This document shows, piece after piece, positions 18,884 to 27,832 of a stretch of DNA of 64,000 nucleotides. The notes under the pieces are model-generated. The model did no database searches, was not told the DNA's origin, and saw only the letters and a program-made list of their open reading frames with translations. Source of the DNA: a virus (Duplodnaviria > Heunggongvirae > Uroviricota > Caudoviricetes); IMG/VR virus record IMGVR_UViG_3300037466_003234; one strand, 5' to 3'. Each line of letters starts with the position of its first letter. Position 1 is the first letter of the stretch. A program made the translations under genes and the position numbers.

Positions 18884-18920
18884 GGCGCTACTCGAAAGGG
18901 TAGCGCCGTTTTTTATTTTG
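18884..18920 (+). terminator. intrinsic terminator
   Basis: GGCGCTAC-tcgaaag-GTAGCGCC then TTTTTTATTTT. Confidence 0.6.
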
Positions 18921-18943
18921 CGCTGTAGTGTTTAAGTATTGTA

Positions 18944-18976
18944 CGTTGATTAAAAGATCTACAGCTTTGAAAATAA
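18944..18976 (+). promoter_or_regulatory. sigma70-like promoter, family copy 4
   Basis: TTGATT-AAAAGATCTACAGCTTT-GAAAAT. Confidence 0.45.
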
Positions 18977-19156
18977 CGAATTTAACGATTTCAACACTTT
19001 AGGAATGGCACGAGCGTTGCTTATATATAAGGCATGAGTGATCAAGTAGTTACGATAGTTTGGATGATCGCATGGATCGCTCTAGGAACCTGGGCTGGAA
19101 ACAGGTTTCAAAATAGAAAGTCTAAATAACAGCACTGATACTGCAACAGGAGTTAT

Positions 19157-19369
19157 ATGGCAATGTCTAATAAGGAAGTTAAGAAACCTCTCGAAATTAA
19201 AGATTTAAACGATGTTTTTCATTACCTCGCCCAAATCCAAGAAGAGCTTGAGATTCGAGGTTATCAGCAAGCCGCACTGCATGTGCATAAGTCGATCAGC
19301 AGTCTAAACGGCGCCATGCTACTAGATGCTGCGAGGAAAAGAACAGCTGACAAAGCTAACGCTTGTTAA
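19157..19369 (+). CDS. hypothetical small protein
   Basis: AGGAG SD. Confidence 0.5.
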   Translation: MAMSNKEVKKPLEIKDLNDVFHYLAQIQEELEIRGYQQAALHVHKSISSLNGAMLLDAARKRTADKANAC

Positions 19370-19410
19370 TTATTCTTGACCGCAAAGCATGACTATTATA
19401 ATCTAATAAG

Positions 19411-19722
19411 ATGAACACTCGCGATCTGATGGACTTCGGCCCACGAGAGCGGCGGTTAGCTGCTGAACTCCTATTACTCTTTAGGAGTCCACGAGATAAA
19501 ACGCTCCGGCTAGGGGAGTTTGTTTCGCCAGAATATAACCCCATTTCAAAAATCGTTTTCTTAGTAGACATTAACTTTAATGTCGGCATGGTGCGCGATG
19601 GATACTTAGAGGATTGGTATATCTGCCCCATGTGTAAAGAGGAAGGCTTTGGGGATGCCCTGGCCAAAGGCAAGGTTTGTTGTAGATCATATCTGAAAAG
19701 AGAAATTCCGATCGCTGCTTGA
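19411..19722 (+). CDS. hypothetical protein (CxxC...CC)
   Basis: Preceded by TTGACC-n15-TATAAT. Near-leaderless. Confidence 0.45.
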   Translation: MNTRDLMDFGPRERRLAAELLLLFRSPRDKTLRLGEFVSPEYNPISKIVFLVDINFNVGMVRDGYLEDWYICPMCKEEGFGDALAKGKVCCRSYLKREIPIAA

Positions 19723-19773
19723 TTGGCAAGCCGATTGCATATAGCCGCGCTTTCTTAGCACATGTACCTCCAA

Positions 19774-19812
19774 AGGACACCTATCAGCTGATCGGTGTCC
19801 TTTTTCATTTTT
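19774..19812 (+). terminator. intrinsic terminator
   Basis: AGGACACC-loop12-GGTGTCCT then TTTTTCATTTTT. Confidence 0.6.
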
Positions 19813-20069
19813 GCAACCAAAAAAATGTAGACAGCTCAATTTTGTCACTGAATAATATTATTAAACTAAAAAACGGTCTAAATTAAAAATGAATAATGGA
19901 TTAAAATTTAAGATGTTATCGAATAAAAAACGTATTTAACGATACTATTTTTAGTTGACCATTTTAGTATGTTTAAGCTACTATTAATTCATGGGAGCAA
20001 AGAAGTCTCTCAAATTGGCTAAGGAAATGGCCAGAATCAACAACTCCAGTATGGAGAGAAAGTAGTAAC

Positions 20070-20309
20070 GTGGCACGTATGAGCAATGTAATCATTGGTA
20101 ATTTTGGCTTTGGTGGTCGAGCATACAGCGAATGGGGCTGGACTCGCGCAGTGCTACTAAATCCTGTGGACTATAGAAATGGAGAAGTAATCATTCCCGC
20201 AGGTACGGAGATCGTAGTGGATACGTTTAAAAATGTTGGACGGTTGAATGACGAAGACTTCGAAGTATTTCCAGATGAGTATATGCTGCTAGCGGAAGCT
20301 GCAAACTAA
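20070..20309 (+). CDS. hypothetical small protein
   Basis: ORF. Upstream TTGACC-n18-TACTAT promoter-like sequence. Confidence 0.45.
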   Translation: MARMSNVIIGNFGFGGRAYSEWGWTRAVLLNPVDYRNGEVIIPAGTEIVVDTFKNVGRLNDEDFEVFPDEYMLLAEAAN

Positions 20310-20333
20310 AACGTTTAAGTAGAGTCGCAACAA

Positions 20334-20366
20334 ATGCCGCTCCTTGCAAAGGGAGCGGCATTTTTC
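20334..20366 (+). terminator. intrinsic terminator
   Basis: ATGCCGCTCC-loop-GGAGCGGCAT then TTTTTCATTT. Confidence 0.6.
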
Positions 20367-20433
20367 ATTTATAACATTTGATTTTGCCATATTCCCATGG
20401 TACGCGCTCAACAAATACGCTTTGGGGGAGACA

Positions 20434-20772
20434 ATGAAAGATATTCTGATTATTGAGGAGGACCAGGCCATTAGAGAGGTTCTAGGTCTTTATTGTAATC
20501 ACTGCAGGCAAAATTGCATATGTGTGTGTAATATTGGCGAGGGATTTAAGGAGCTAGAAAAGAAAAATCCATCCCTTATTCTGCTAGATCTAAGTTACCA
20601 TACCGAAAACCTACCAGAATTTATCCGTAAGGCCAGACAATCGGTCTCTAATCCTCGTATTTTTATAATGAGCGCCATGAATGGCGCCGAAGAAATTGCA
20701 AGAAATAATGATGTAAGCTTCATTGCAAAACCTTTTCATCTTGATTTGATTGAGAAAATCATTTGCGAATAA
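20434..20772 (+). CDS. stand-alone response-regulator receiver (REC/CheY-like) domain protein with Cys-rich insertion
   Basis: ILIIEED...LILLDLS...IFIMSA...FIAKPF matches REC acidic pocket, phospho-acceptor Asp, S/T and Lys. CNHCRQNCICVCN inserted after beta1. GGGGAGA SD. Confidence 0.7.
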   Translation: MKDILIIEEDQAIREVLGLYCNHCRQNCICVCNIGEGFKELEKKNPSLILLDLSYHTENLPEFIRKARQSVSNPRIFIMSAMNGAEEIARNNDVSFIAKPFHLDLIEKIICE

Positions 20773-20950
20773 GATGTGAAGAATTCGTCAAAATAATTGT
20801 TGACGCGAGGCAACAATTAACGTATTCTGATATTAGAAACGATCGCAAATTAATAAAACTCTAAGAGTCAGCGGTCATTTCTCAACAATACAAAATGAAG
20901 TACGTGTGGAAGCGTACAAGATAAACGAAAGGTAAAAAAGGTAAACGATA

Positions 20951-21535
20951 ATGAGTCAAAGTGTGAAGTTGAACGGAAGCCGACTGCATAGCATCACCCA
21001 TGCATCTCACAGCGCAGAAGTAACAATGACAGCATTAGCATTACGTGAACGTAACCGGCATTTCTCGGACATTGGCCGGACCCGAACCGCTCTTATCCGC
21101 GCAGGAGAGCGTATTGTTGACGAAGAGTATCGAAGGTTTTGGATTGACCTTGAAAAGGAAGGCGTTGGCAAAATCGTTTATGGAAGACGCGGAAACCCAG
21201 ACCGGTTTGAATGGTACCACGCGCTTAAGATGGTTGCCGATTGCGCATTAACCGGCAAGGATATAACCATTGAGCCACAATCGATGTTGCAAGCTGAGGA
21301 AGAAAAACCAGCTCCTAAGAAGGCAGCTGCACCTAAGAAGTCGGTGCGCATGACCAGTGCGCAAAAGAAAGATAAGGTCGAACATGCCGAAGTTGCTTCG
21401 GCTAAAGGTTCTGCTGAAAAGCTCGTGGTTATTCCATTGAGAAAAGACTTTTTCCTTGAAGTCAAGATGCCAGCTGACGTTTCTAAGGATGAAATGGAAG
21501 TCATTCAGGAAGCTTTGAAACGCGCTTCAGCATAA
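20951..21535 (+). CDS. hypothetical protein with Lys/Ala-rich linker
   Basis: AAAGGTAAA SD. Upstream TTGACG-n17-TATTCT with an 8-bp IR over the -35. Confidence 0.55.
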   Translation: MSQSVKLNGSRLHSITHASHSAEVTMTALALRERNRHFSDIGRTRTALIRAGERIVDEEYRRFWIDLEKEGVGKIVYGRRGNPDRFEWYHALKMVADCALTGKDITIEPQSMLQAEEEKPAPKKAAAPKKSVRMTSAQKKDKVEHAEVASAKGSAEKLVVIPLRKDFFLEVKMPADVSKDEMEVIQEALKRASA

Positions 21536-21567
21536 TAAGGAGAATTTAAGCAAAACAAAACATTTAG

Positions 21568-21601
21568 GCCGGAGCGGAAACGCTCCGGCTTTTTTATTTT
21601 T
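21568..21601 (+). terminator. intrinsic terminator
   Basis: GCCGGAGCG-gaaa-CGCTCCGGC then TTTTTTATTTTT. Confidence 0.7.
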
Positions 21602-21628
21602 ATGGCGTTGATGTTTAAGATATATACA

Positions 21629-21662
21629 GCTGTATAAAAGATCTACGAGTTTTGAAATTAAC
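21629..21662 (+). promoter_or_regulatory. sigma70-like promoter, family copy 5
   Basis: TGTATA-AAAGATCTACGAGTTTT-GAAATT. Confidence 0.4.
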
Positions 21663-21732
21663 TATTTCGTTATTTTCGCTATTTACGAGCGGCATAGACC
21701 ATGCAACACTAGTCAGCAAGGAGATAAACAAT

Positions 21733-22464
21733 ATGTTTAACACAGATAGAGGATCTAAAATGGCAGCTTATAAAATCGGTATCGTCGGCGCTATGTGCGT
21801 CGCCGCTAGTATTCTGAGCGGATGCGGCGGGGCTCCACAAATGGCAGCCGCTCCGAGCGTACCGGTAGACGTTGGCCCTGGCCCTAAAGATGATGGTTAC
21901 GTAGTTCGCGGCGTAGCTCTTTACACCATTAGCAATGAGCAACAAACGGCGCTAATGAAGCTCTTTAACCTCGCTATGCCCACGGCATACGCTGCAACCG
22001 GTAGCACGACTGTTACCTATGTAAACGCAGCATCAGTTAACTTCTCTATCAACGTATCTAATTTCGCAGCTGGATCATTTACCGGTAACACGCTAAGCCT
22101 TGGACATGTTGACCTTGGCTCAATTGACGATAACAATCTAAAGGTATGCGGCGCGGGCGGTAACTCCAAATGTAGCTCTGCAGTGATTCGCGTATATACG
22201 ACTGGATCTATTGCGGGCTTTGTAAATACCGCCGATGGCTATGGCGCTCCGGTCTATGCGGGATCGCTTAACCCATCGACCGCTGTGGGCCTAACTTCGG
22301 CCAATAGCGTCCAGGTTCAGACCTATACTATCCCTTCTAGCGATCACCGCATTACCACGTCAGACTTTGCGTCAACTCAATACGCTGTTAGTTCTGACTT
22401 CGCAAATGCTGGCGCGGGCTCCTATAGCATGACCTTTGTGGTCGAGTACGCTCTCGCTCCTTAA
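21733..22464 (+). CDS. lipoprotein (lipobox LSGC)
   Basis: AAGGAGA SD. MAAYKIGIVGAMCVAASILSGCGG lipoprotein signal. Gly/Ser/Thr-rich mature region. Confidence 0.6.
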   Translation: MFNTDRGSKMAAYKIGIVGAMCVAASILSGCGGAPQMAAAPSVPVDVGPGPKDDGYVVRGVALYTISNEQQTALMKLFNLAMPTAYAATGSTTVTYVNAASVNFSINVSNFAAGSFTGNTLSLGHVDLGSIDDNNLKVCGAGGNSKCSSAVIRVYTTGSIAGFVNTADGYGAPVYAGSLNPSTAVGLTSANSVQVQTYTIPSSDHRITTSDFASTQYAVSSDFANAGAGSYSMTFVVEYALAP

Positions 22465-22492
22465 TTGTCTCCTTAACCCTCTATCCCCCAAA

Positions 22493-22526
22493 GCCTCTGC
22501 CTTAACTGGCAGGGGCTTTTTTGTTT
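22493..22526 (+). terminator. intrinsic terminator
   Basis: GCCTCTGCC-ttaact-GGCAGGGGC then TTTTTTGTTT. Confidence 0.6.
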
Positions 22527-22532
22527 AAGAGC

Positions 22533-22570
22533 TTGACACTGACTAAAAGATCTACGAGTTTTGAAAATAA
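22533..22570 (+). promoter_or_regulatory. sigma70-like promoter, family copy 6
   Basis: TTGACACTGACT-AAAAGATCTACGAGTTTT-GAAAAT. Confidence 0.45.
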
Positions 22571-22626
22571 GGAATTAAGGAAATTAACTACTTAGCTATG
22601 GCATGCCGGTTGCTACATATAGAGAC

Positions 22627-22776
22627 ATGAAGAAGAAGACGAATAAAAAGATAAAAGTTTCAGCTAATGAAATGGTTAAAGCTTTTAAATTCCTTGAGAA
22701 GGAAGGCCACGGCAAGGTCATTACCGTAAAAGGAAAGAAACTTTTTAAATGGAATCGAAAGCTGCGTTAATTCTTA
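22627..22776 (+). CDS. small basic protein (49 aa)
   Basis: MKKKTNKKIKVSANEMVKAF... Below the track cutoff; weak SD. Confidence 0.3.
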
Positions 22777-22827
22777 TTGACGGAATTAACGGATAACAAT
22801 AGACTGAAATTAACGGAAGGGAATAAT

Positions 22828-24879
22828 ATGAAACTCGCAAGCCATAACAATAAACTGGAAACGAACATTCAAGACGCTGAAACCCAAAACTTCGGAATTG
22901 GTGATGCAAGCGTTGTCATTGAAATTCTGCGGAACCGGCTCTATGAACACAAGATCCAAACGCTTGTTCAAGAATATATCTGCAATGCTCGCGACGCAAT
23001 GCGTGAATGCGGCAAGGCTAACGAATTCGAAGTGACTTGCCCTACCTCTTTGAGCCCTGTTTTTAAGGTGCGTGACTTCGGTCCTGGCATCTCCCCTGAT
23101 CGCATGGCTAACGTCTTCATCAAGTACGGCGCTAGCACTAAGCGTGACTCTAATAATCAGACTGGCGGCTTCGGCATTGGCGCTAAAAGCGCTTGGAGCT
23201 ACACCGATAGCTTCACGATTGTGACCTATATTGACGGTAACAAGCGCACCTATGTCGCGCATACCGGAGTCAACAATAACGGACGCCTGGACCTTTTGAG
23301 CACTGCTGCTACCTCGGAACCAAATGGAACCGAAATTCAAGTTCCTGTCGGTCGCTATGACCTTGACGAATTCCGCAGAGCTATCTATCGCGCTGTTTAC
23401 TTCTGGGAGTCTCGCCCAACCCTTAAGGGCGGAAACCACGAGTTGCCTACGCTTGTTGGCGGCGAGCGCATTAGCGATCTCGTCGAAGTGATCGATTATA
23501 AGATGCTCCCTGCCTTCTTGAACGTTGATTACTACGACAACATGCTTGCCGTGATCGATGGCGTGCCATACATGATCACCTCCAAACTCATGGATAAAGT
23601 CAAAAAGCTTAAAGATCTCAAGCAATTGACCAAACGATTCATTGTATTGCACTTTGGAAATGGTCTTGTGGAAGTCTCTGCAAGCCGCGAGTCTATCGCT
23701 GACTCAAAGGCTACAGTCGAAGGCCTGGAAAAACTTGCAGCGCAGGGGGTAGTGGCAATTAAAACCAAGATCTCCAGCGACTTTTCAAAAGTGAAATCTA
23801 GCTCGGATTTCTTTAAGACCTACCTTGCAATGGAACCATACTTCCATGTGGACAAGCTTGCTAAGTATGACGTTTATCAAATCGATGGAGGCTATGTTAA
23901 AGCTGACCTGCTCCATAAGGTTTCGTTGACTCGCATGCATATGTGGGGAAGAAATAGCCGCGTCCAGGTCGATCGCATCACCAAAGAGCAATTCGATCAA
24001 AGACAAAAGCAAAATGGCATTCGTCTTCAATACCTGAATAACGTTTACTTTCTTCGCGCATCTGAAAACGCTATTATCCAAAATAAGCGTCTGCGCGAAA
24101 ACATTGGCCCTAACTTGCCAGAAGTGCTCTTGATCGAGCAACTGGGCGATAACTCTGCGGAATTTGAGAAGTTAATTTTGGATCTGAATGCTAAAGACTT
24201 CCAAACGCTGACCTACGTAGAAAAGCCAAGGGCTCCGCGTGTTAAGATCGAGCGCGATAAGCAAGAATTCTGCATCCATCAATTCTTGGGTGTAAGACAT
24301 CACTATACAAGTCTGGCAGATAACACAGATAAGTGGCTCTATATCCCAATGAGCGGCGGCAGTCTTACAAACTTCTCAAATGTGGACCTTAAAGACGTAG
24401 CTTATTTCGTTAAAGAAACTACTGGACTTATCGTCTGCGGGCTCTCTGAGAACGTTGTGGAGAAGGTGAAAGATAACGCAAATTTCTTGCCATTCTCCGA
24501 ATGGATCGCAAAATTTAAACCTACCGACAAACAAATGGCTTATGTTAAAATGATGGAAGGCAAGAATACCAGTGTCATGTCGATCCTTTCTAAGCTGAAA
24601 GGTCTTAAGGATAAGTTTATTCTTGAAATGATTGAGGAATATAAGGGTGCAGTGAGAAACGATTTTTCTGGCGATCCGGTCCCTAAAATGTTCCTTGAGC
24701 TTATCAAGAACAGTGAAGAATATAAGGAATTCGTCAACAAAGACGGTAAGTTGAAAGATCTTATTGGAAGCAAATATAGACTTCTGAGCATGCTCGATGA
24801 CTACTATTTTTCCAAATCGACAAAATACGCTGAAGAAATCGTTATTTATATGAACGCTAAACACAAGGCTAAGGCTTAA
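22828..24879 (+). CDS. rIIA: rIIA-like protein (GHKL/HATPase_c N-terminal domain)
   Basis: ATG with GGAAGGGAA SD (the track start is a TTG). N-box EYICNARDAM, G1 VRDFGPGIS, G2 GGFGIGAKS. About 680 aa, immediately upstream of rIIB. Confidence 0.8.
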   Translation: MKLASHNNKLETNIQDAETQNFGIGDASVVIEILRNRLYEHKIQTLVQEYICNARDAMRECGKANEFEVTCPTSLSPVFKVRDFGPGISPDRMANVFIKYGASTKRDSNNQTGGFGIGAKSAWSYTDSFTIVTYIDGNKRTYVAHTGVNNNGRLDLLSTAATSEPNGTEIQVPVGRYDLDEFRRAIYRAVYFWESRPTLKGGNHELPTLVGGERISDLVEVIDYKMLPAFLNVDYYDNMLAVIDGVPYMITSKLMDKVKKLKDLKQLTKRFIVLHFGNGLVEVSASRESIADSKATVEGLEKLAAQGVVAIKTKISSDFSKVKSSSDFFKTYLAMEPYFHVDKLAKYDVYQIDGGYVKADLLHKVSLTRMHMWGRNSRVQVDRITKEQFDQRQKQNGIRLQYLNNVYFLRASENAIIQNKRLRENIGPNLPEVLLIEQLGDNSAEFEKLILDLNAKDFQTLTYVEKPRAPRVKIERDKQEFCIHQFLGVRHHYTSLADNTDKWLYIPMSGGSLTNFSNVDLKDVAYFVKETTGLIVCGLSENVVEKVKDNANFLPFSEWIAKFKPTDKQMAYVKMMEGKNTSVMSILSKLKGLKDKFILEMIEEYKGAVRNDFSGDPVPKMFLELIKNSEEYKEFVNKDGKLKDLIGSKYRLLSMLDDYYFSKSTKYAEEIVIYMNAKHKAKA

Positions 24880-24902
24880 TAAGAAGGGAAAACGGAGGAA
24901 GT

Positions 24903-25799
24903 ATGAATAAAGTAAATTATCTGTGGTTGAAAGATTCCATTAATCTGAGCTTTGAAGGGAAGCATTTCACGATTTCAAGCGGCGATCCGCTCTTTGAAAA
25001 GGTTACGCAAGCGATCCGCGAACAGCGCTTGGAGGACATCCCAAGCATTGTGGACATCTCCAAAGACCTTAAGATTGCAGGCTTGGAGCTTAAAGACGGC
25101 GCTCTATACGATGGCGAAACGGCGCTCCCTGAAGCTCTTAACCGTCGCATCTTGGAATATCGCGACGGCGCTATTCCATATGACTCTCTGCTCAAGTTCT
25201 GGGAGAACGTGAAGAAAAACCCATCGTTCAATTCACGTCAAATGCTCTTCTCATTCCTAGCTCACAATGGACACCCTATCACTGAAGACGGATGTTTCAT
25301 TGCCTACAGAGGTGTCAGGGAAGACTTCAAAGATAAGCATTCTGGCACTTTTGACAATTCGCCAGGCTCCGTTTGCGAAATGCCTCGCGACCAAGTGGAC
25401 GACAACCCAAACAACACTTGCTCCAAGGGCTTGCACGTTGCATGCTTCGACTACGCCAAAGGCTTCGGCGCCAAGCTTGTCGAAGTGAAGGTCAACCCAG
25501 AAGACGTTGTTGCGGTTCCTACCGATTACAACGGCACCAAGATGCGCGTCTGTAAGTTCGAAGTGATCCAAGAGTGTGAGTCCATGAGAACTGAGACGCT
25601 CTATAACCACGGTATCAGTCGCGAAGAGCTTTGCGACGACGAGAGCGATGAGGATGGCTGCGAAGACTGTGGAGATTGCGAAGACTGCGATAAGAAAACG
25701 TTAGAAGATGGTAACTGCCCTGAATGCAGAGATGACGTTGAAAGTGACGACGCATTCTGCAAGCACTGCGGCACCGATCTGGACCAGTATCGCGGATAA
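24903..25799 (+). CDS. rIIB: rIIB-like protein
   Basis: HSGTFDNSPGSVCEMPRDQVDDNPNNTCSKGLHVAC...VEVKVNPEDVVAVPTDYNGTKMRVCKFEV aligns with T4 rIIB HSNTFDNTPGKVVKMPRTRVNDDDTQTCSRGLHVCS...VKVKVHPRDVVSIPIDYNDAKMRTCQYEV. GGAGGAAG SD. Confidence 0.85.
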   Translation: MNKVNYLWLKDSINLSFEGKHFTISSGDPLFEKVTQAIREQRLEDIPSIVDISKDLKIAGLELKDGALYDGETALPEALNRRILEYRDGAIPYDSLLKFWENVKKNPSFNSRQMLFSFLAHNGHPITEDGCFIAYRGVREDFKDKHSGTFDNSPGSVCEMPRDQVDDNPNNTCSKGLHVACFDYAKGFGAKLVEVKVNPEDVVAVPTDYNGTKMRVCKFEVIQECESMRTETLYNHGISREELCDDESDEDGCEDCGDCEDCDKKTLEDGNCPECRDDVESDDAFCKHCGTDLDQYRG

Positions 25800-25810
25800 T
25801 TAAACCCCCG

Positions 25811-25846
25811 CCCCGCACTTTGTCGGAGCAAGGTGCGGGGATTTTT
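25811..25846 (+). terminator. strong intrinsic terminator after rIIB
   Basis: 12-bp stem CCCCGCACTTTG/CAAGGTGCGGGG, 6-nt loop, then ATTTTT. Confidence 0.7.
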
Positions 25847-25851
25847 CAGGA

Positions 25852-26085
25852 GTGAATTTTATGTTCGATAGCAATAACCGGAAGTTTGTAAAGACTCAGA
25901 TGACTGTCGAAGCACCGTATGGCCACGGCAATGTCACTGGCAAGTTTAAAGCGGAAAAATTCGATGGCCACCCTATGATGGATACCCACGTAGAAATTAG
26001 CATTACGCCTTTCTCAGTCACCTGGGAGCAAAAGGAACAGATGTTAAGAGAGATCGCCGCAGTAATCGCCAAATACCAGATCTGA
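25852..26085 (+). CDS. hypothetical small protein
   Basis: AGGAGTGAATTTTATG initiation context. Confidence 0.5.
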   Translation: MNFMFDSNNRKFVKTQMTVEAPYGHGNVTGKFKAEKFDGHPMMDTHVEISITPFSVTWEQKEQMLREIAAVIAKYQI

Positions 26086-26097
26086 GGAGTGAATTTT

Positions 26098-26307
26098 ATG
26101 AAGGTCTTGAAAAGATTCAAAGAGGGCGACGCGATTCCAGAGGGTGCTAAGTTCATCTCCAAAGAACAGGTCAAAGATGACATGCCTTACAGGTTCTCGT
26201 CGGAGGTCGTCTCCAGCGGATTTTTCTTTGAGAGAACCAGGACTTATGCGCATTACCATGTGAGAACATATTATATCTATGAGGTAGAAGATGATCACAC
26301 TTCCTAA
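26098..26307 (+). CDS. hypothetical small protein
   Basis: Identical GAGGAGTGAATTTTATG context (MKVLKRF...). Confidence 0.5.
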   Translation: MKVLKRFKEGDAIPEGAKFISKEQVKDDMPYRFSSEVVSSGFFFERTRTYAHYHVRTYYIYEVEDDHTS

Positions 26308-26740
26308 CGATAACCGCATCGGTGGCGCTCATGGTAGCTATGTAAAATTGAGCCCATCTCTTGGCGTGAAGATTATTCATTCTGTCAAGTTTAATAATAT
26401 CGCCAAGGCTTATCGTAGTGGAGCTTATAGGAACGCGCTGAGAGAAGCTTATATCCTTAACGTTGCATTTGAGAGCGGCGTCGTTCCCCGCTGCTATGGA
26501 GTCACATTGGTTCGAGTTAAAAAAGGATATAGGGTGGGGGTGCTTATGCAACACCTCGGAAGTACACCACTTTTCGAAAGTGAATTTTGTGACAAATTTT
26601 CCGAAGCTTTCGACGAAATTAATGATAGATTAATTGAGCTAGGGATTGTTCATAACGATATACACGATGAGAATGTTATGGTCTATCGTGGCAAATTCTA
26701 CGTGATTGATTTTTCGCCCGACTGCGTTAAAATGAAATAA
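26291..26740 (+). CDS. small protein-kinase-like (APH/Kdo-kinase-like) protein
   Basis: IVHNDIHDENVMV resembles the HxDxxxxN catalytic loop. YVIDFS resembles DFG/IDW. GAGGTAGAAG SD. Confidence 0.5.
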   Translation: MITLPNDNRIGGAHGSYVKLSPSLGVKIIHSVKFNNIAKAYRSGAYRNALREAYILNVAFESGVVPRCYGVTLVRVKKGYRVGVLMQHLGSTPLFESEFCDKFSEAFDEINDRLIELGIVHNDIHDENVMVYRGKFYVIDFSPDCVKMK

Positions 26741-26753
26741 ATAAGGAGTTAGT

Positions 26754-27083
26754 ATGGATCAAGTATTTTCTGGCGCTAAAGTTTCTGTAACTGTCGATGG
26801 TGTAACGCACGACCTCGGTCGTATTGATGGCTCCATCACTCTCAAATGCAAGCCTTCTCTTGGTAAACTTAATCGTTTGACCAAAGCTGCTCAAAGTCTT
26901 ATTGCTCACCAAGGTCACGCAACTAAGCGTTTTAAGCGTGACTATGACACTGGCACCGCTAGTTACGAATGCCCTAATTGCGGCGCTCGTGCGCTAGTTG
27001 TGGCTAATCCTGTGGCCGGCGAAACCAAGATGCAGGGGGAGGCCATTAAACTTGGCTGCGTTCCTTCTGAATCTCAGAAGTAA
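26754..27083 (+). CDS. hypothetical protein (CPNCG zinc-ribbon-like)
   Basis: AAGGAG SD. Confidence 0.5.
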   Translation: MDQVFSGAKVSVTVDGVTHDLGRIDGSITLKCKPSLGKLNRLTKAAQSLIAHQGHATKRFKRDYDTGTASYECPNCGARALVVANPVAGETKMQGEAIKLGCVPSESQK

Positions 27084-27108
27084 TTTTTTGATAGATAAGG
27101 AATTAGTA

Positions 27109-27285
27109 TGAAGACGTTGCGCGTTACTATTAGCCTTGAACTTAAAGGCGACGCAGAAGATAGCGAAATGATTAAGGAAGATGTTTACAATTATCTTCAA
27201 GAGCTTATGGAGAGTGATGAGCTTGAAGAGAATTGGGATGTCGTAGAAGTTGAAGAAGACGAAGACAGCGAAGAAGAGCTGTAAT
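27109..27285 (+). CDS. acidic small protein (58 aa)
   Basis: AAGGAA SD. Followed by a hairpin plus TTTTTTT at 27290-27336. Confidence 0.4.
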
Positions 27286-27391
27286 TTCAAATGGCTATGT
27301 TCTTATTTAAGGACGTAGCCATTTTTTTAAAATAATAGTTGACGTAAATAGTCAGATACAGCATACTAAGAATATAAGAATCGAGGAACGT

Positions 27392-27574
27392 ATGAAACAA
27401 AACAAAGAACACTTAGCAAAACTGATCCTGATCCAAGTCGAGAGTCTTAACGAAGCCAAGAAGGAAGGTTCTTACCTTAACCTCGATGGCATCAAGACTC
27501 TTGAGCACGAAATCGCCCGTGATGCCAAGCAGTTAGCTGAACTGATCCAAAACGAAAATAACCAAGTCGCTTAA
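27392..27574 (+). CDS. hypothetical small protein
   Basis: GAGGAA SD. Confidence 0.5.
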   Translation: MKQNKEHLAKLILIQVESLNEAKKEGSYLNLDGIKTLEHEIARDAKQLAELIQNENNQVA

Positions 27575-27586
27575 TTAGGAGGAAAT

Positions 27587-27829
27587 ATGAATAACGTTAT
27601 TAACATGCGGACCAAGAAGCCAATCGAAACTCTCCCTTACGATAAGGAACAAGCGCAAAAGCTTATTGCTCATATCGTGCTTAATTTCAGAGCACCAGAG
27701 GAAGAAGCTTATTCCTACAGAGAAATGATCGAAAACACTCTTCGCCACATCATGAATAATAGCGGCGTTGATATGGAATTCGTTAATAACCTGATCGATC
27801 AACAAATCAAGAAATCGCAAGGAGCTTAA
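27587..27829 (+). CDS. hypothetical small protein
   Basis: TAGGAGGAAAT SD. Confidence 0.5.
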   Translation: MNNVINMRTKKPIETLPYDKEQAQKLIAHIVLNFRAPEEEAYSYREMIENTLRHIMNNSGVDMEFVNNLIDQQIKKSQGA

Positions 27830-27832
27830 TTT

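Noticed and set aside
22810-23652. 280-aa ORF antisense to rIIA
   Set aside because: It is fully contained in the well-supported rIIA gene on the opposite strand. No RBS. Typical antisense artefact.
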